This document shows positions 40,673 to 50,831 of a DNA stretch of 64,000 bases, one piece after another. This DNA is from Candidatus Heimdallarchaeota archaeon. Lineage in GTDB: Archaea > Asgardarchaeota > Heimdallarchaeia > Heimdallarchaeales > Heimdallarchaeaceae. The stretch is taken from positions 1-64,000 of the forward strand of contig JABCTC010000018.1 of assembly GCA_018238545.1 (NCBI GenBank), written 5' to 3'. The first letter of the stretch is position 1; each line of letters opens with the position of its first letter. A program made the position numbers and the translations under genes. A model generated the notes under the pieces. It saw only the letters and a program-made list of their open reading frames with translations, did no database searches and was not told the origin of the DNA.

Positions 40673-41509
40673 ATGAATATCAATAGTCCATCAGAAATTA
40701 AGTTGATTAAAAAAACTCTCCAAAACTACACTAAAGCATTTCAGAAATGGGATATTGGTAAGCTTGTTGTAGCCTTTCATCCTGAGGCAAAAATCGCCTG
40801 GTTTGTTCCTGAAAGAGGAGGATACATTTCTTCAATGTGCTATAGCTGGGTTAGAAGTTTTATTAAAAATAAAAAGGATAAACTTGTTATCGGTTATACC
40901 ACATTCGACGAAAATATCGATCAATCGGGATTAGCTGCTTATGTTAGGTTCAGATTCTTAATTGAAGATGGGGAGTATAGCAGAGATACTACAGATTATC
41001 TTACTCTCCTTAAATTTGGAGAGGATTGGAACATTGTTCACAAATCAGGGTTCACCATCGACAAACCAGTTGAAGAGATCATTAAATTAAAGGAAGAACC
41101 CACTGAAACTAACAGAAATGTTCCTCAAGAATTAGAACTTATAACATTGAAGCTTAGATCCTACGTTGAAGCTTTTGATGAGTGGGATATTGAAAAAATT
41201 AGGTATGTCTTTCATCCAGAAGTTAGGGTAAATTATGTTGATGATGAGACAAATAAATTCAAGTGTCAGACTCGCTCAATTGGTGTTTGGAAAGAAGTTT
41301 TTGAATATCATCAAAAAGATAATGTAAAATTCAAAACACAGATCGAATTTATTGACCAACTGGGAACCTCAGCAGTTGTAAGAATGCGTTGGTTAGCAAC
41401 TAAAGAGAATTTTAGAGTTGTTACAGTTGATTACTTAACTTTTCTGAAAATTGATGGTGATTGGTTAATAGTTAACAAAACCTGTCATTCGGAGGAAATC
41501 AAAGATTAA
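40673..41509 (+). CDS. Tandem NTF2/SnoaL-like (lumazine-binding-2-like) domain protein
   Basis: Two repeats: FHPEA..DYLTLLKFGEDWNIVHK and FHPEV..DYLTFLKIDGDWLIVNK. Probable start 40673. Confidence 0.8.
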   Translation: MNINSPSEIKLIKKTLQNYTKAFQKWDIGKLVVAFHPEAKIAWFVPERGGYISSMCYSWVRSFIKNKKDKLVIGYTTFDENIDQSGLAAYVRFRFLIEDGEYSRDTTDYLTLLKFGEDWNIVHKSGFTIDKPVEEIIKLKEEPTETNRNVPQELELITLKLRSYVEAFDEWDIEKIRYVFHPEVRVNYVDDETNKFKCQTRSIGVWKEVFEYHQKDNVKFKTQIEFIDQLGTSAVVRMRWLATKENFRVVTVDYLTFLKIDGDWLIVNKTCHSEEIKD

Positions 41510-41537
41510 ATTAAAAAAGCACTTAAGAGGAATTCAA

Positions 41538-41924
41538 ATGGGTAATATTAAAGAAATTAAAGAAACCATAGCAACTTATGTAGAGGGAGTAAAAGAATTT
41601 GATTTTATTAAAGCAGAATCAGCATGGTTTAAAGATGGCATAAAAATATCTTACAACACTGAAGATGATAACTTGGAAATGCTTAAAATGCTGGATTCAA
41701 GACCATCTGAAAAAATTAAAGAACTAGACATCCATCAAGAAGCAAATATTGAATTAATCGATGTAACCAATACAGCTGCTATTGTAATACTGCATTGGGT
41801 TCAAGTGTTTCAAGGTAAACATAAGCACTATGTTGATTATTTATCGCTTTTAAAAGACAAAAACAGATGGAAAATTGCCACTAAAGTTTCTGCAATTAAA
41901 GAAATTACGGTTAATCCATATTAG
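41538..41924 (+). CDS. Single NTF2/SnoaL-like domain protein
   Basis: DYLSLLKDKNRWKIATK, same family as the upstream gene. Confidence 0.8.
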   Translation: MGNIKEIKETIATYVEGVKEFDFIKAESAWFKDGIKISYNTEDDNLEMLKMLDSRPSEKIKELDIHQEANIELIDVTNTAAIVILHWVQVFQGKHKHYVDYLSLLKDKNRWKIATKVSAIKEITVNPY

Positions 41925-42059
41925 TTTCGAATTCTGCCAATTTTATTCAGTTACCTCAAGGGCAATCTTGAAAAATAGATATATCTTACTCAAATTGTCT
42001 AGAAAGAAATATTCCTCTCTTATTTCTAAACGAGCTCGTAGGAAGAAGAAGGTAGTTTT

Positions 42060-43892
42060 ATGTCAACAAGAAAAATACTCAACGAAGTTCTTGACTTGAT
42101 GGATGATATCCATAGAATCGCCAATAATACCAATTGGAGTGATTATTCTGAAGTTAGAGTTAAAATTCTTGTTAACAGCAAAATGAACGAACTTAGACAC
42201 GTTCTAGGAGAACTTCCTGAAACTGACGTATTTAATTCTGAAGAAGCATCAACCTTTTTTGAGAAAATTCTAGATAAAATCACTCGAATCTTAGGCAACC
42301 TACCCCAAGATAAAATGCCTCTACAGTTTTATGAGTTAGAGATTTGGAGATTGAGATATGCGTCAATGTATGCTTTGCAATATGGTCAAGGAGGAGCTTT
42401 ACAGGTAGCAGGAGCTGCTCATGCACTAGCTAATGTCCTTATCGGCATTGAAACAATGGATGTTCAAGAACTAATTGTTGATTGGGAACATCCTGAATTC
42501 GATAAAAGAAGAAAATTGATTCTTAATTATCTAAGCTCAGCTTATCTGTTCTTTTTCAGTTTATGTACATCATTAAACACCATCTATAAACATGATTTAG
42601 AGCACTGGGTTTCAGAAGGTTTCAAAGCAAGTACTCAATACATTCACTACATGGACGTCTATTGGGATGTTCCAAAAAACATTGCACATTACAAGAAGAC
42701 ACACAGAAACGTTGCTGATCCCAATTATTCGCCATATTATGCAACATTTGCGGCAGTGGATTACATTATTACATTTCTTCTAGATCTGCAAAAATTCTTT
42801 TTCAATGATAGTGTTAAAATAGACAATTTCAAGGAACTAGTCAATATAACTGAACCAGAGGCGTTTTTTGAATCTATAGAAGATTTATTAGCTAAAGCAG
42901 AATATTACGTTGCAGATTTTAAGAAACACGTCAAAGAAGGCTCTTTCGATTTAAATGAGGATCCTCTCAATGACGGTGATATCAAAGAAACTATCTACGA
43001 ATTACAGGTGACAAAAGTATGGATAAAGGGATTAATTACTCTTTATAGAGCCGTAATTAAAGACATTTCCACTGAACTTCACGTATTAGAGAACACAGTT
43101 ATTCCAGAATTGTTCCAATATATTGACAAATATAAAGATTTATTCACTAAACCTGATTTCATCGAAAGCCAAATCGCAGATGGTATTAACTCAACAATTA
43201 TTGAAATTCTTCTTTTCGCAGGGGCTGCTACCGTAAAATCAAAGAAGCGAAATCACATTGAAAAGATTGACAAAGATTATCATATGTTCTTTGCAGAAGA
43301 TGGGATCAAACGCTATCCAATTCTAAATGGTCTTTATACAACCCTTAAAGTTACTTTAGATATTGCAGATGAAGATTACTCTAAATTAGAAGAGTATGGT
43401 TACAGATTGAATAAATTATCAGATTTAACTCTTTATGAACCTCGCAATTCTTTTGCTTTTTCTCTTCTTGGAAATATGTTGCTCTTATTAGAAGGGGAAC
43501 TGAGCAAAGAGGAATTCCTTCAATCAACAAAAGCCAAATTTGAAGAACTATTACCTTCATTCTCGGCGTGCATAATTTCAGAAATTGAAATCTATATTTC
43601 AAACCTAGAGTTAACTTTGAACGGAGAGCTAGCTTCATTTAACATGGGTAGATTACTATCACCAAAACATTATGATCCCTATTCAATTTTTGTTCCTGAA
43701 ATCTCAAAACTTGCTGCAGAAAGAAACTTAGGAGAATTGGTTTATCTTCCCTTTAATCTTCAATCAGATTATCTAACCGACGCAGATTTCCAACTAGCGG
43801 AAACAATTGTTCCTGCAAGTGCAGAAAAGGCAGATACTGTCGTAAAACCATCTGATACAACTTCAAACCTTAAATCAGACATCACAGATTAA
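42060..43892 (+). CDS. Hypothetical all-alpha protein
   Basis: 610-aa ORF with no recognised motif. Confidence 0.6.
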   Translation: MSTRKILNEVLDLMDDIHRIANNTNWSDYSEVRVKILVNSKMNELRHVLGELPETDVFNSEEASTFFEKILDKITRILGNLPQDKMPLQFYELEIWRLRYASMYALQYGQGGALQVAGAAHALANVLIGIETMDVQELIVDWEHPEFDKRRKLILNYLSSAYLFFFSLCTSLNTIYKHDLEHWVSEGFKASTQYIHYMDVYWDVPKNIAHYKKTHRNVADPNYSPYYATFAAVDYIITFLLDLQKFFFNDSVKIDNFKELVNITEPEAFFESIEDLLAKAEYYVADFKKHVKEGSFDLNEDPLNDGDIKETIYELQVTKVWIKGLITLYRAVIKDISTELHVLENTVIPELFQYIDKYKDLFTKPDFIESQIADGINSTIIEILLFAGAATVKSKKRNHIEKIDKDYHMFFAEDGIKRYPILNGLYTTLKVTLDIADEDYSKLEEYGYRLNKLSDLTLYEPRNSFAFSLLGNMLLLLEGELSKEEFLQSTKAKFEELLPSFSACIISEIEIYISNLELTLNGELASFNMGRLLSPKHYDPYSIFVPEISKLAAERNLGELVYLPFNLQSDYLTDADFQLAETIVPASAEKADTVVKPSDTTSNLKSDITD

Positions 43893-43936
43893 CTACAATA
43901 TGAATATTTATCAACTGAAATATTTTTCCTTTCAAC

Positions 43937-45007
43937 ATGTCTTTTGAGATCATTAACTTCGTTCCAAAAGAAGCAAATGAAGAATTATTAGAATCTTACT
44001 TTGATTTTGCTGAAACAACGTTTATGGAGATTTATCCTACAGATCCTTTAGTTCCAAGAGTTCTTCATCTTAAGCTATTATTGATAACTAGAACAGGAGA
44101 GAAAGTAATTAGAAAATTAGCTCGATCTAGTAAATCAGGAGAGATAATCGGTCGACTTTATCTAATGATTATTACTGAAGAAAACACTGGATTTAAAGAA
44201 AACAAACATTCAGTTGAAATTCACATCAATGTTCTCAATGACTTGAGATATAAGAGTATAGTACAAGAATTCCTCATAGAAGCAATTAAGGAATTACAAT
44301 GCTATGAATATGTAACAACAGTTGACACTTGCAGTTACTTAGAAAGAGATTGGGCTTTCTGGGAAGGATTAGGAGCTAAAATGGCTCTAGAAGGTGCACA
44401 AAATCGATTATTCATGGAAGATATCGATTGGAGCATGATAAAAGAGTGGAGGCATGGAGGACATGAACTTGCTAAGAAAGAGCAAGTTGATCTTTTTTCC
44501 TTTGAAAGATGTCCAGAAGAAATTATACTCGAATATACAACCACTTACAGTGAGATTATACGCTTAATGCCATTAGGTGAATTCGATTACATTCCTGAAC
44601 CCACAACACCCTTCACAAGACGAGAAAAAGAAGAAAATCATAAAAAAACAGACCACAAATGGTATACACTTGCTACAAGAGAAAAAAATGGAGAGATAAG
44701 TGGGTTGACAGAGATTCTCTATACAGAATCCAGCCCCCATAAAGTTGAACAGATGCTAACAGGAGTAAAACCTGAATATCGAGGAAGAGGTTTGGGGAAA
44801 TGGTTAAAGGCTGAAATGATGGTTTTCATAAAAAATGAATTCCCAGAAATTGAATTTATATCGACTGGAAATGCTGATATGAATGCACCCATGATTTCAA
44901 TTAATGATAGGATGGGTTTCAAAAGAGTTCTCACAGAAAAATGTTATATAATAAAACTTGAAAAATTAAAAAAACTGATGTCTATCAATATTAATAAAGA
45001 GAAATAG
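43937..45007 (+). CDS. Tandem GNAT N-acetyltransferase
   Basis: TGVKPEYRGRGLGKWLK and TGNADMNAPMISINDRMGF. Confidence 0.88.
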   Translation: MSFEIINFVPKEANEELLESYFDFAETTFMEIYPTDPLVPRVLHLKLLLITRTGEKVIRKLARSSKSGEIIGRLYLMIITEENTGFKENKHSVEIHINVLNDLRYKSIVQEFLIEAIKELQCYEYVTTVDTCSYLERDWAFWEGLGAKMALEGAQNRLFMEDIDWSMIKEWRHGGHELAKKEQVDLFSFERCPEEIILEYTTTYSEIIRLMPLGEFDYIPEPTTPFTRREKEENHKKTDHKWYTLATREKNGEISGLTEILYTESSPHKVEQMLTGVKPEYRGRGLGKWLKAEMMVFIKNEFPEIEFISTGNADMNAPMISINDRMGFKRVLTEKCYIIKLEKLKKLMSININKEK

Positions 45008-45023
45008 AAAAACAAAAGTATCG

Positions 45024-46019
45024 TCAAGTTTTCAGGGGTGACTCTAGTTCCAAATCAGCCCATTTTCCGCAACGGCTGCCCCATCTTGCAATTAGTTCAT
45101 TATTCTGTCTTATTTCAACAATCTCGCAAACGTTAGGACAACCATCACACTCGAAACCTCTTGATTCAAATGATTGGTTTGGAATATCCCAACCATGAAA
45201 TTTAGATTTTCCACCATTTTTCTTCATAGTTTCTTGTGCAAGAATAGCAGCTCCAATTGCGCCCATTACATCATAGTGTTTTGGAATAATTACTTTGTAA
45301 CCAAAAGTTTTCTCAAAAGATTCTTTTATCCCTAGATTTGCAGCAACTCCACCTTGAAACATTATAGGATAAAGTATTTCCTTTCCTTTTCCCACATTAT
45401 TAAGATAGTTCCTCACTAAAGCTTCGCAGAGACCTTTGATGATATCATTTGTTGAATGACCTAATTGTTGTTTGTGAACCATATCACTTTCCGCAAAAAC
45501 TGTGCATCTTCCAGCTATAGCTACAGAGTTGTCCGATTTGAGAGCACAAGCTCCAAAGTTCTCTATTGGAACATTCAATCGTCTAGCTTGCTGATCAAGA
45601 AAAGAACCTGTTCCAGCTGCACATACTGTATTCATGGCAAAGTCTATTGCAACACCATTTCGTATAATAATGATTTTACTATCCTGTCCCCCTATTTCAA
45701 TTATAGTCTGAATATCGGTACGTTCATTTAACGAAGCCAAAGCATGAGCAGTAATTTCATTTCGTACAATATCAGCTCCGATGAGGACACCTGTAAGTCG
45801 TCTAGCACTTCCAGTAGCTCCAGCACCAGCAATTTCATAATGCTTCCCGAGTTTTTCTCTCATCTGTCGGATACCCTTTTGCACAGATTCTATCGGTTTA
45901 CCTTCAGTTCTAATATAGATTGACTCTATTACTTCTCTTTTTTCATTTATCAAAGCAACATTGGTGCTTATAGACCCAACATCTACTCCAAGATAGTATT
46001 TCTCTACCGCTTCTGTCAT
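45024..46019 (-). CDS. 2-hydroxyacyl-CoA dehydratase activator (BadF/BadG/BcrA/BcrD ATPase, 4Fe-4S)
   Basis: GVDVGSIST, EITAHA, EIGGQDSK, MNTVCAAGTGSFLDQQA, GRCTVFAESD and C-terminal CDGCPNVC..RC. Confidence 0.9.
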   Translation of the reverse strand: MTEAVEKYYLGVDVGSISTNVALINEKREVIESIYIRTEGKPIESVQKGIRQMREKLGKHYEIAGAGATGSARRLTGVLIGADIVRNEITAHALASLNERTDIQTIIEIGGQDSKIIIIRNGVAIDFAMNTVCAAGTGSFLDQQARRLNVPIENFGACALKSDNSVAIAGRCTVFAESDMVHKQQLGHSTNDIIKGLCEALVRNYLNNVGKGKEILYPIMFQGGVAANLGIKESFEKTFGYKVIIPKHYDVMGAIGAAILAQETMKKNGGKSKFHGWDIPNQSFESRGFECDGCPNVCEIVEIRQNNELIARWGSRCGKWADLELESPLKT

Positions 46020-46080
46020 TCAATTCGACTCCGTTTTCTTCTTTTTATAAATCTACAAATGCTTCCGGTCTTGTTTGAAA
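46016..46080 (-). pseudogene. 65-bp 3' remnant of a dehydratase/activase partner gene
   Basis: Reads FQTRPEAFVDL then, after a 1-nt shift, IKRRKRSRIE*. Its TGA overlaps the activator ATG (ATGA). Matches the family C-terminus TRLEAFVDL-basic. Confidence 0.6.
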
Positions 46081-46322
46081 TCTTACTTTTCTTGTATGTG
46101 TATTTTCTACGAATCAGAGGATAAGATTACTATTTTCCCTTCTAACTTGAAGAGCAATACTACTATAAAAATTTTCAACTATGGATAATAAATAATTTGG
46201 GAGTGGTGAAAGAAAACCTACTTCATTCTTCGCAATTGGAATAAATAACTCCAATATGAAAATGATGAATTGCTATCTGTTGAAGCAAGATTTATATCTT
46301 AATTTACAGTTAATATTTCATC

Positions 46323-48242
46323 TTGAATGATACAACTCCAAAGTATAAAGGGTATAGAAATCAAGTTTTGGTTATAGATTTAACAAAAAATAAAATTGAA
46401 AAAAAAGCTCTAGGCATCTCTCTAGTTGAAAATTATCTAGGAGGGCGGGGTATAGCGATCAAATATCTTTTTGACAATCTTGAGCAGGGTATTGATCCTC
46501 TAAGTCCTGAAAACATTCTTGTTATAGGAACGGGCCCACTTACTGGGACTTTGGCCCCGTCTTCAAATCGCTATACGATTGCTGCTAAATCCCCGTTAAC
46601 TGGAGGAATCGGTTATGCGAATGCTGGTGGGCATTTTGCGCCTGAGCTAGCCTATGCTGGATATGATGCTATTTTCATCCATGGAAGAGCAAAAACACCC
46701 GTATATATTCAAATTGAGGATGATGTTGTTAAGATTCAAGATGCTCAACATCTCTGGGGAAAAGATGTTTGGGAGACAGATGAGTATTTCAGAGAAAAAC
46801 TTGGTGAGGAAATACAAATCCTATCTATTGGTCAAGGAGGAGAAAATCTTGTCCGTTATGCTGCTATTTTAAACAACCTCTCTCGAGCAGCTGCAAGAAC
46901 TGGTGTTGGCGCTGTAATGGGTTCTAAAAACCTTAAAGCTATCACAGTTCAAGGTTCGGGGGTTGTAGAAGTTAATGATGCTGAAAAATTTGACGCATTA
47001 ATTGATGAAACTTTGGAGAAAATTTATGCTGATCCTGCTTACCCCAGTTTGTCCTATTATGGGACATCCTTTCTTGTAGATCTTGCATATATTAGTGGTG
47101 GATTAGCTACAAGGAATCACCAAACAGGCATTTTTGAACACTATGAAGAGATATCAGCGGAAACCTTTGATGAAAAATACAAAGTAAAATCGGAAAGTTG
47201 CTTTGCATGTCCAATTCATTGTGGGAAATACTCCAAAGTAACTACAGGGAAGTACGCAGGTACAAAAGGAGGTAGCCCAGAATATGAAACAGTTGTTTGT
47301 TTAGGCTCAAAGTGTGGTGTAGGAAACCTTGCTGCAATACATCATGCAAATGAACTTTGTAACAAATATGGTATAGACACAATTTCTGCTGGGGATGTCA
47401 TTGCTTTTGCAATGGAAGCATATGAAAAAGGAGTGTTTACAAAAGAAGATACTGATGGATTGGAACTTGTGTGGGGGAATGAGGATGCTATGATAGAGTT
47501 GATAAAGAAAATCGCTTTTAGAGACGGGATAGGTAATTTACTAGCAGAAGGATCCAAGAGAATAGCAGCAAAAATCAATAAGGGTTCTGAAGATTATGCT
47601 CATCATATAAAGGGGATGGAACCACCTGCATACGATGTAAGAACTGCTAAAGCATTTGGATTGGGATGGGCAACTGCAACCAGAGGAGCGGATCATCTTG
47701 CAGCTTTACCAAATTTTGAACTACTCGGATACGAACCTGAAGTTGGCGTTGAGTGGTTCGGTTCAGAAAAAGCAGTTGATCCTCATGCGTGGGAAAGTAA
47801 ACCTCGGATGGTTGTCTGGCATGAAAATTTAGGTGCGATTGTAGATTCAGCTGAAATGTGTAAATATACTTGTTTCTCAGCTTATGCCGTGAAACCTGAA
47901 GACATGGCCAGATTTATTGCATATGGAACAGGTATGGAATTGAATGCTAAAGATCTTATGAGGATAGGAGAAAGAATCTACAATTTAGAACGATTATTCA
48001 ATTTAAGAGAAGGGATAGGAAAAGATCAAGATAGGTTACCAAAAAGATTTACTGATGAGCCTCTACCAGAAGGTCCAGCTAAAGGGCAAGTTGTAGAACT
48101 GGATAAAATGTTACCCGATTATTACAAACTCCGAGGATGGGATTGGGAAACAGGATATCCAACAAAAGAGAAATTGCTAGAACTTGGATTAATAGAAGAA
48201 GCAGAAAAATATAATTTGGTATCAAGGAGGAATGGACAATGA
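46323..48242 (+). CDS. aor: Tungsten-dependent aldehyde:ferredoxin oxidoreductase family protein
   Basis: YLGGRG, AKSPLTG, GAVMGSKNLKA, CFACPIHCG, PEYET, GIDTIS and RGADH. Confidence 0.93.
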   Translation: MNDTTPKYKGYRNQVLVIDLTKNKIEKKALGISLVENYLGGRGIAIKYLFDNLEQGIDPLSPENILVIGTGPLTGTLAPSSNRYTIAAKSPLTGGIGYANAGGHFAPELAYAGYDAIFIHGRAKTPVYIQIEDDVVKIQDAQHLWGKDVWETDEYFREKLGEEIQILSIGQGGENLVRYAAILNNLSRAAARTGVGAVMGSKNLKAITVQGSGVVEVNDAEKFDALIDETLEKIYADPAYPSLSYYGTSFLVDLAYISGGLATRNHQTGIFEHYEEISAETFDEKYKVKSESCFACPIHCGKYSKVTTGKYAGTKGGSPEYETVVCLGSKCGVGNLAAIHHANELCNKYGIDTISAGDVIAFAMEAYEKGVFTKEDTDGLELVWGNEDAMIELIKKIAFRDGIGNLLAEGSKRIAAKINKGSEDYAHHIKGMEPPAYDVRTAKAFGLGWATATRGADHLAALPNFELLGYEPEVGVEWFGSEKAVDPHAWESKPRMVVWHENLGAIVDSAEMCKYTCFSAYAVKPEDMARFIAYGTGMELNAKDLMRIGERIYNLERLFNLREGIGKDQDRLPKRFTDEPLPEGPAKGQVVELDKMLPDYYKLRGWDWETGYPTKEKLLELGLIEEAEKYNLVSRRNGQ

Positions 48243-48739
48243 CTGAACAATTAGTTAAGAGGCGTATCTTTGCACAAAAAGAAAAGTGTAATGGATGTCG
48301 AATATGTGAATTGAGATGCTCATTTTATCATGAAAAATTATATGCCCCCTCACATTCTAGAATTAGAGTAAAAAAGGTAGAAATCGAGGGAACGGCCATC
48401 CCAGAAACCTGTAGATTATGCTATAAGTGCATTGAATCATGCCCAGAAGATGCAATATCAAAGTCAGAGATAACAGGAGCTATTCAAATTGATGAACAAA
48501 AATGTACAGGTTGTGAGGAGTGCGTGAAAGCTTGTCCTTTTGGAGTTATGCACATGCACCCAGTTTCTAATATTGCTATGACTTGTGATCTATGTGATGG
48601 TAACCCTCAATGTGTGATATATTGCCCTGAAACAGCTTTACATTATATGACAGCTAAAGAATTTTCTGAATATAAGAAAAAAGAAAAAGAAAATATTGAA
48701 GCTGGTCGAGTTCCAAAATTTTCCCCTATACCTGAGTGA
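48239..48739 (+). CDS. 4Fe-4S dicluster electron-transfer subunit of AOR
   Basis: CNGCRICELRC, CRLCYKCIESCP, CTGCEECVKACP and CDLC..CVIYCP. ATGA overlap with aor. Confidence 0.9.
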   Translation: MTEQLVKRRIFAQKEKCNGCRICELRCSFYHEKLYAPSHSRIRVKKVEIEGTAIPETCRLCYKCIESCPEDAISKSEITGAIQIDEQKCTGCEECVKACPFGVMHMHPVSNIAMTCDLCDGNPQCVIYCPETALHYMTAKEFSEYKKKEKENIEAGRVPKFSPIPE

Positions 48740-48750
48740 AAAATAATTTT

Positions 48751-49035
48751 CTACCCACCAGCTATAGCGGGCATAATTACAAACATATCTTCATCTTCTA
48801 ATTTAGTATGAAAACCATCCAGCAAATTGATGTTTCGACCATTCACAATAATACGATAAATAGATTTTATTTTCCCTAATTCATCAAATAATTCATCCTT
48901 CAACTCTTTACCATACTCCTCAAGAAGTTTATCAAGTAAATCTTCAACAGATTCAGCTTCCATAGTGAACTGTTTTTTACCAATTATCTTCTTAATATTA
49001 GCAAAAGTTATGACGTTGATTACGCTCATTAGCAT
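48751..49035 (-). CDS. MoaD/ThiS/SAMP ubiquitin-like sulfur carrier
   Basis: Beta-grasp pattern IIVNGRNI and C-terminal PAIAGG. Adjacent to aor. Confidence 0.9.
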   Translation of the reverse strand: MLMSVINVITFANIKKIIGKKQFTMEAESVEDLLDKLLEEYGKELKDELFDELGKIKSIYRIIVNGRNINLLDGFHTKLEDEDMFVIMPAIAGG

Positions 49036-49114
49036 TCTCTCATCTACATATCATAAAAAATTAGGTAACTTAAATAAATGTGTTTCAGTTTAGTAAATGA
49101 AATCAAATAACCAC

Positions 49115-50830
49115 TTATTCTACCTCATCTTCTTCTTGAATCTTATCTTTTAGCTGCTTCAATTCATTTTTCAGATCAATTATATCTTCTTTCAGATTAT
49201 TCATTTCATAATCTAGCTCATGGATATCCTTGGTAATTTTGCTAACTTTCTTAAAATCATCTTCAGAATCTATTTGACACAGCATAGTTTTTTGTATGCT
49301 TAATTCTGTTTCTAATTCTTTATACAAGGTCTCTAATTGCTTATCCTTGAGCATAATTTCTTCCCGTGTTCTCTCTAACCTTCCTCTCTCCTTCTTCAAT
49401 TTCTTAATAAGTTCAAGAAGCTCGCTACGACATTTCTCAAGATCTGTTTTGTTGCTTACTGAGTTATCTTGACAATCACAAATATCTTCATCTAATTTTT
49501 CTAGCTCTTTTTCATATTTCTTTATTTTCTTTTCATCAGTTTCTGTAGCTAGCAATATCTTAATCTCTTTCATGTCTCGCTCTTTTTCTTTGATTTCTGT
49601 TTTTAATTCACTTATATCTTCTTTGTATTTTTGCTCAGTTTTGTTATACTTCTCTATCTCTTTCTCAAGATCCTCGATTTTCTTTTCAAATTCCTTTAGC
49701 TCTTTATCCTTATCTGAGGATGTGAGTTTTACCTCTTCGATTTGATTATTAAGTGTAAGTATTTCATGTTCAATTTGAGCGAATTTATCAAAATCTTCCT
49801 TAATGTCGACAATTTCTTTTAGATTCTTTTCCTTTTCTAGCTTAGCTTCTAATTCCTTGTATCTCTCTTGTATTTGAAGATCTTTAGATTGGATTTCAAT
49901 TTCTACACTAGTAATCCTACTTTTGTCAGCTTCTAGCTTCTGTTTAAGATTATCGAGTTCGATCTTTATGTCTAGAACTTTTTGTTCGGCAATCTCGGAT
50001 TTCTCTGCAATTTCCTCAGTTTCTGCAATTAGAACCTGAAGTTTAGATGCATCCTTTTCTTCTTCAGGAGCGTTTTCTAATATTTGTTTCTTTTTGTTAT
50101 TTTCACGTAAAGTTCGATTCAAATCCTTAACAGTATCTTGTTTGATTTTGACCTCTTTAGAGACCAACTCAATTCTTTCCTCTTCAAGAACAAGTTTATC
50201 CTTAATTTGTGATGTTTCTTCTACTGACTGTTCTTTTTCAACTTCTAATTTTTTGATACTATCTGTTAATTCTTGGATTTCTAGCTCGATTTTTTCTATA
50301 TTTGATATATCTGATTTGGATGCGCCTAATAGGGTTTGAAGTTCTTTCTGTTTAGCTAATTTCTCATCCATGTTTTCATAAAGATGCTTTAAATCTCTAT
50401 CTTTCCTTCGAATATCTCGTTCGATCAAATCCATTTGACCTATATCCATTAATTTCTCAATTTTTGTGACATACCTCTTGATAGAATTGATTTGAAGTTC
50501 TCCGTCAACAACAAGTTTTCTAAAAAACAATGCTAAATTAGAGTTTTCACCAAGTCTTATGAAAAGAATGTCAACACTTTCAGTATCGAATAATAACTGA
50601 GTATAATTTTTGAAATCATAATTACAAATTTCATAGAGTTTTCTGAAGCTAGAAAGAATATCAGCTAAATCTTCACCTAGTTTTGGTATGTTTACTGATT
50701 CTTCAAATTGCTCAAATGTGGTTTGAAAAACTGTTCCATCGTCGAAAAACATAGCTATGTGTTCGACTTCTGGGAGTGCTCTTCTAATTCTATCTATTGT
50801 TTTATGTATTTTTTGTGCCATTTTTTTCAC
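49115..50830 (-). CDS. Roadblock/profilin-like N-terminal domain + long repeated coiled coil
   Basis: IRRALPEVEHIAMFFDDGTVFQTT..QLLFDTESVDILFIRLGENSNLALFF followed by ~440 aa of E/K heptads. Confidence 0.6.
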   Translation of the reverse strand: MKKMAQKIHKTIDRIRRALPEVEHIAMFFDDGTVFQTTFEQFEESVNIPKLGEDLADILSSFRKLYEICNYDFKNYTQLLFDTESVDILFIRLGENSNLALFFRKLVVDGELQINSIKRYVTKIEKLMDIGQMDLIERDIRRKDRDLKHLYENMDEKLAKQKELQTLLGASKSDISNIEKIELEIQELTDSIKKLEVEKEQSVEETSQIKDKLVLEEERIELVSKEVKIKQDTVKDLNRTLRENNKKKQILENAPEEEKDASKLQVLIAETEEIAEKSEIAEQKVLDIKIELDNLKQKLEADKSRITSVEIEIQSKDLQIQERYKELEAKLEKEKNLKEIVDIKEDFDKFAQIEHEILTLNNQIEEVKLTSSDKDKELKEFEKKIEDLEKEIEKYNKTEQKYKEDISELKTEIKEKERDMKEIKILLATETDEKKIKKYEKELEKLDEDICDCQDNSVSNKTDLEKCRSELLELIKKLKKERGRLERTREEIMLKDKQLETLYKELETELSIQKTMLCQIDSEDDFKKVSKITKDIHELDYEMNNLKEDIIDLKNELKQLKDKIQEEDEVE

Positions 50831-50831
50831 A

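Noticed and set aside
48751-49035. Eukaryote-like ubiquitin
   Set aside because: Sequence and context (next to tungsten AOR) fit MoaD/SAMP. No E1/E2/E3 genes nearby.
49115-50830. SMC/Rad50-like ATPase
   Set aside because: No Walker A/B or signature motifs and no hinge. The CDC..C residues do not form a clear zinc hook.
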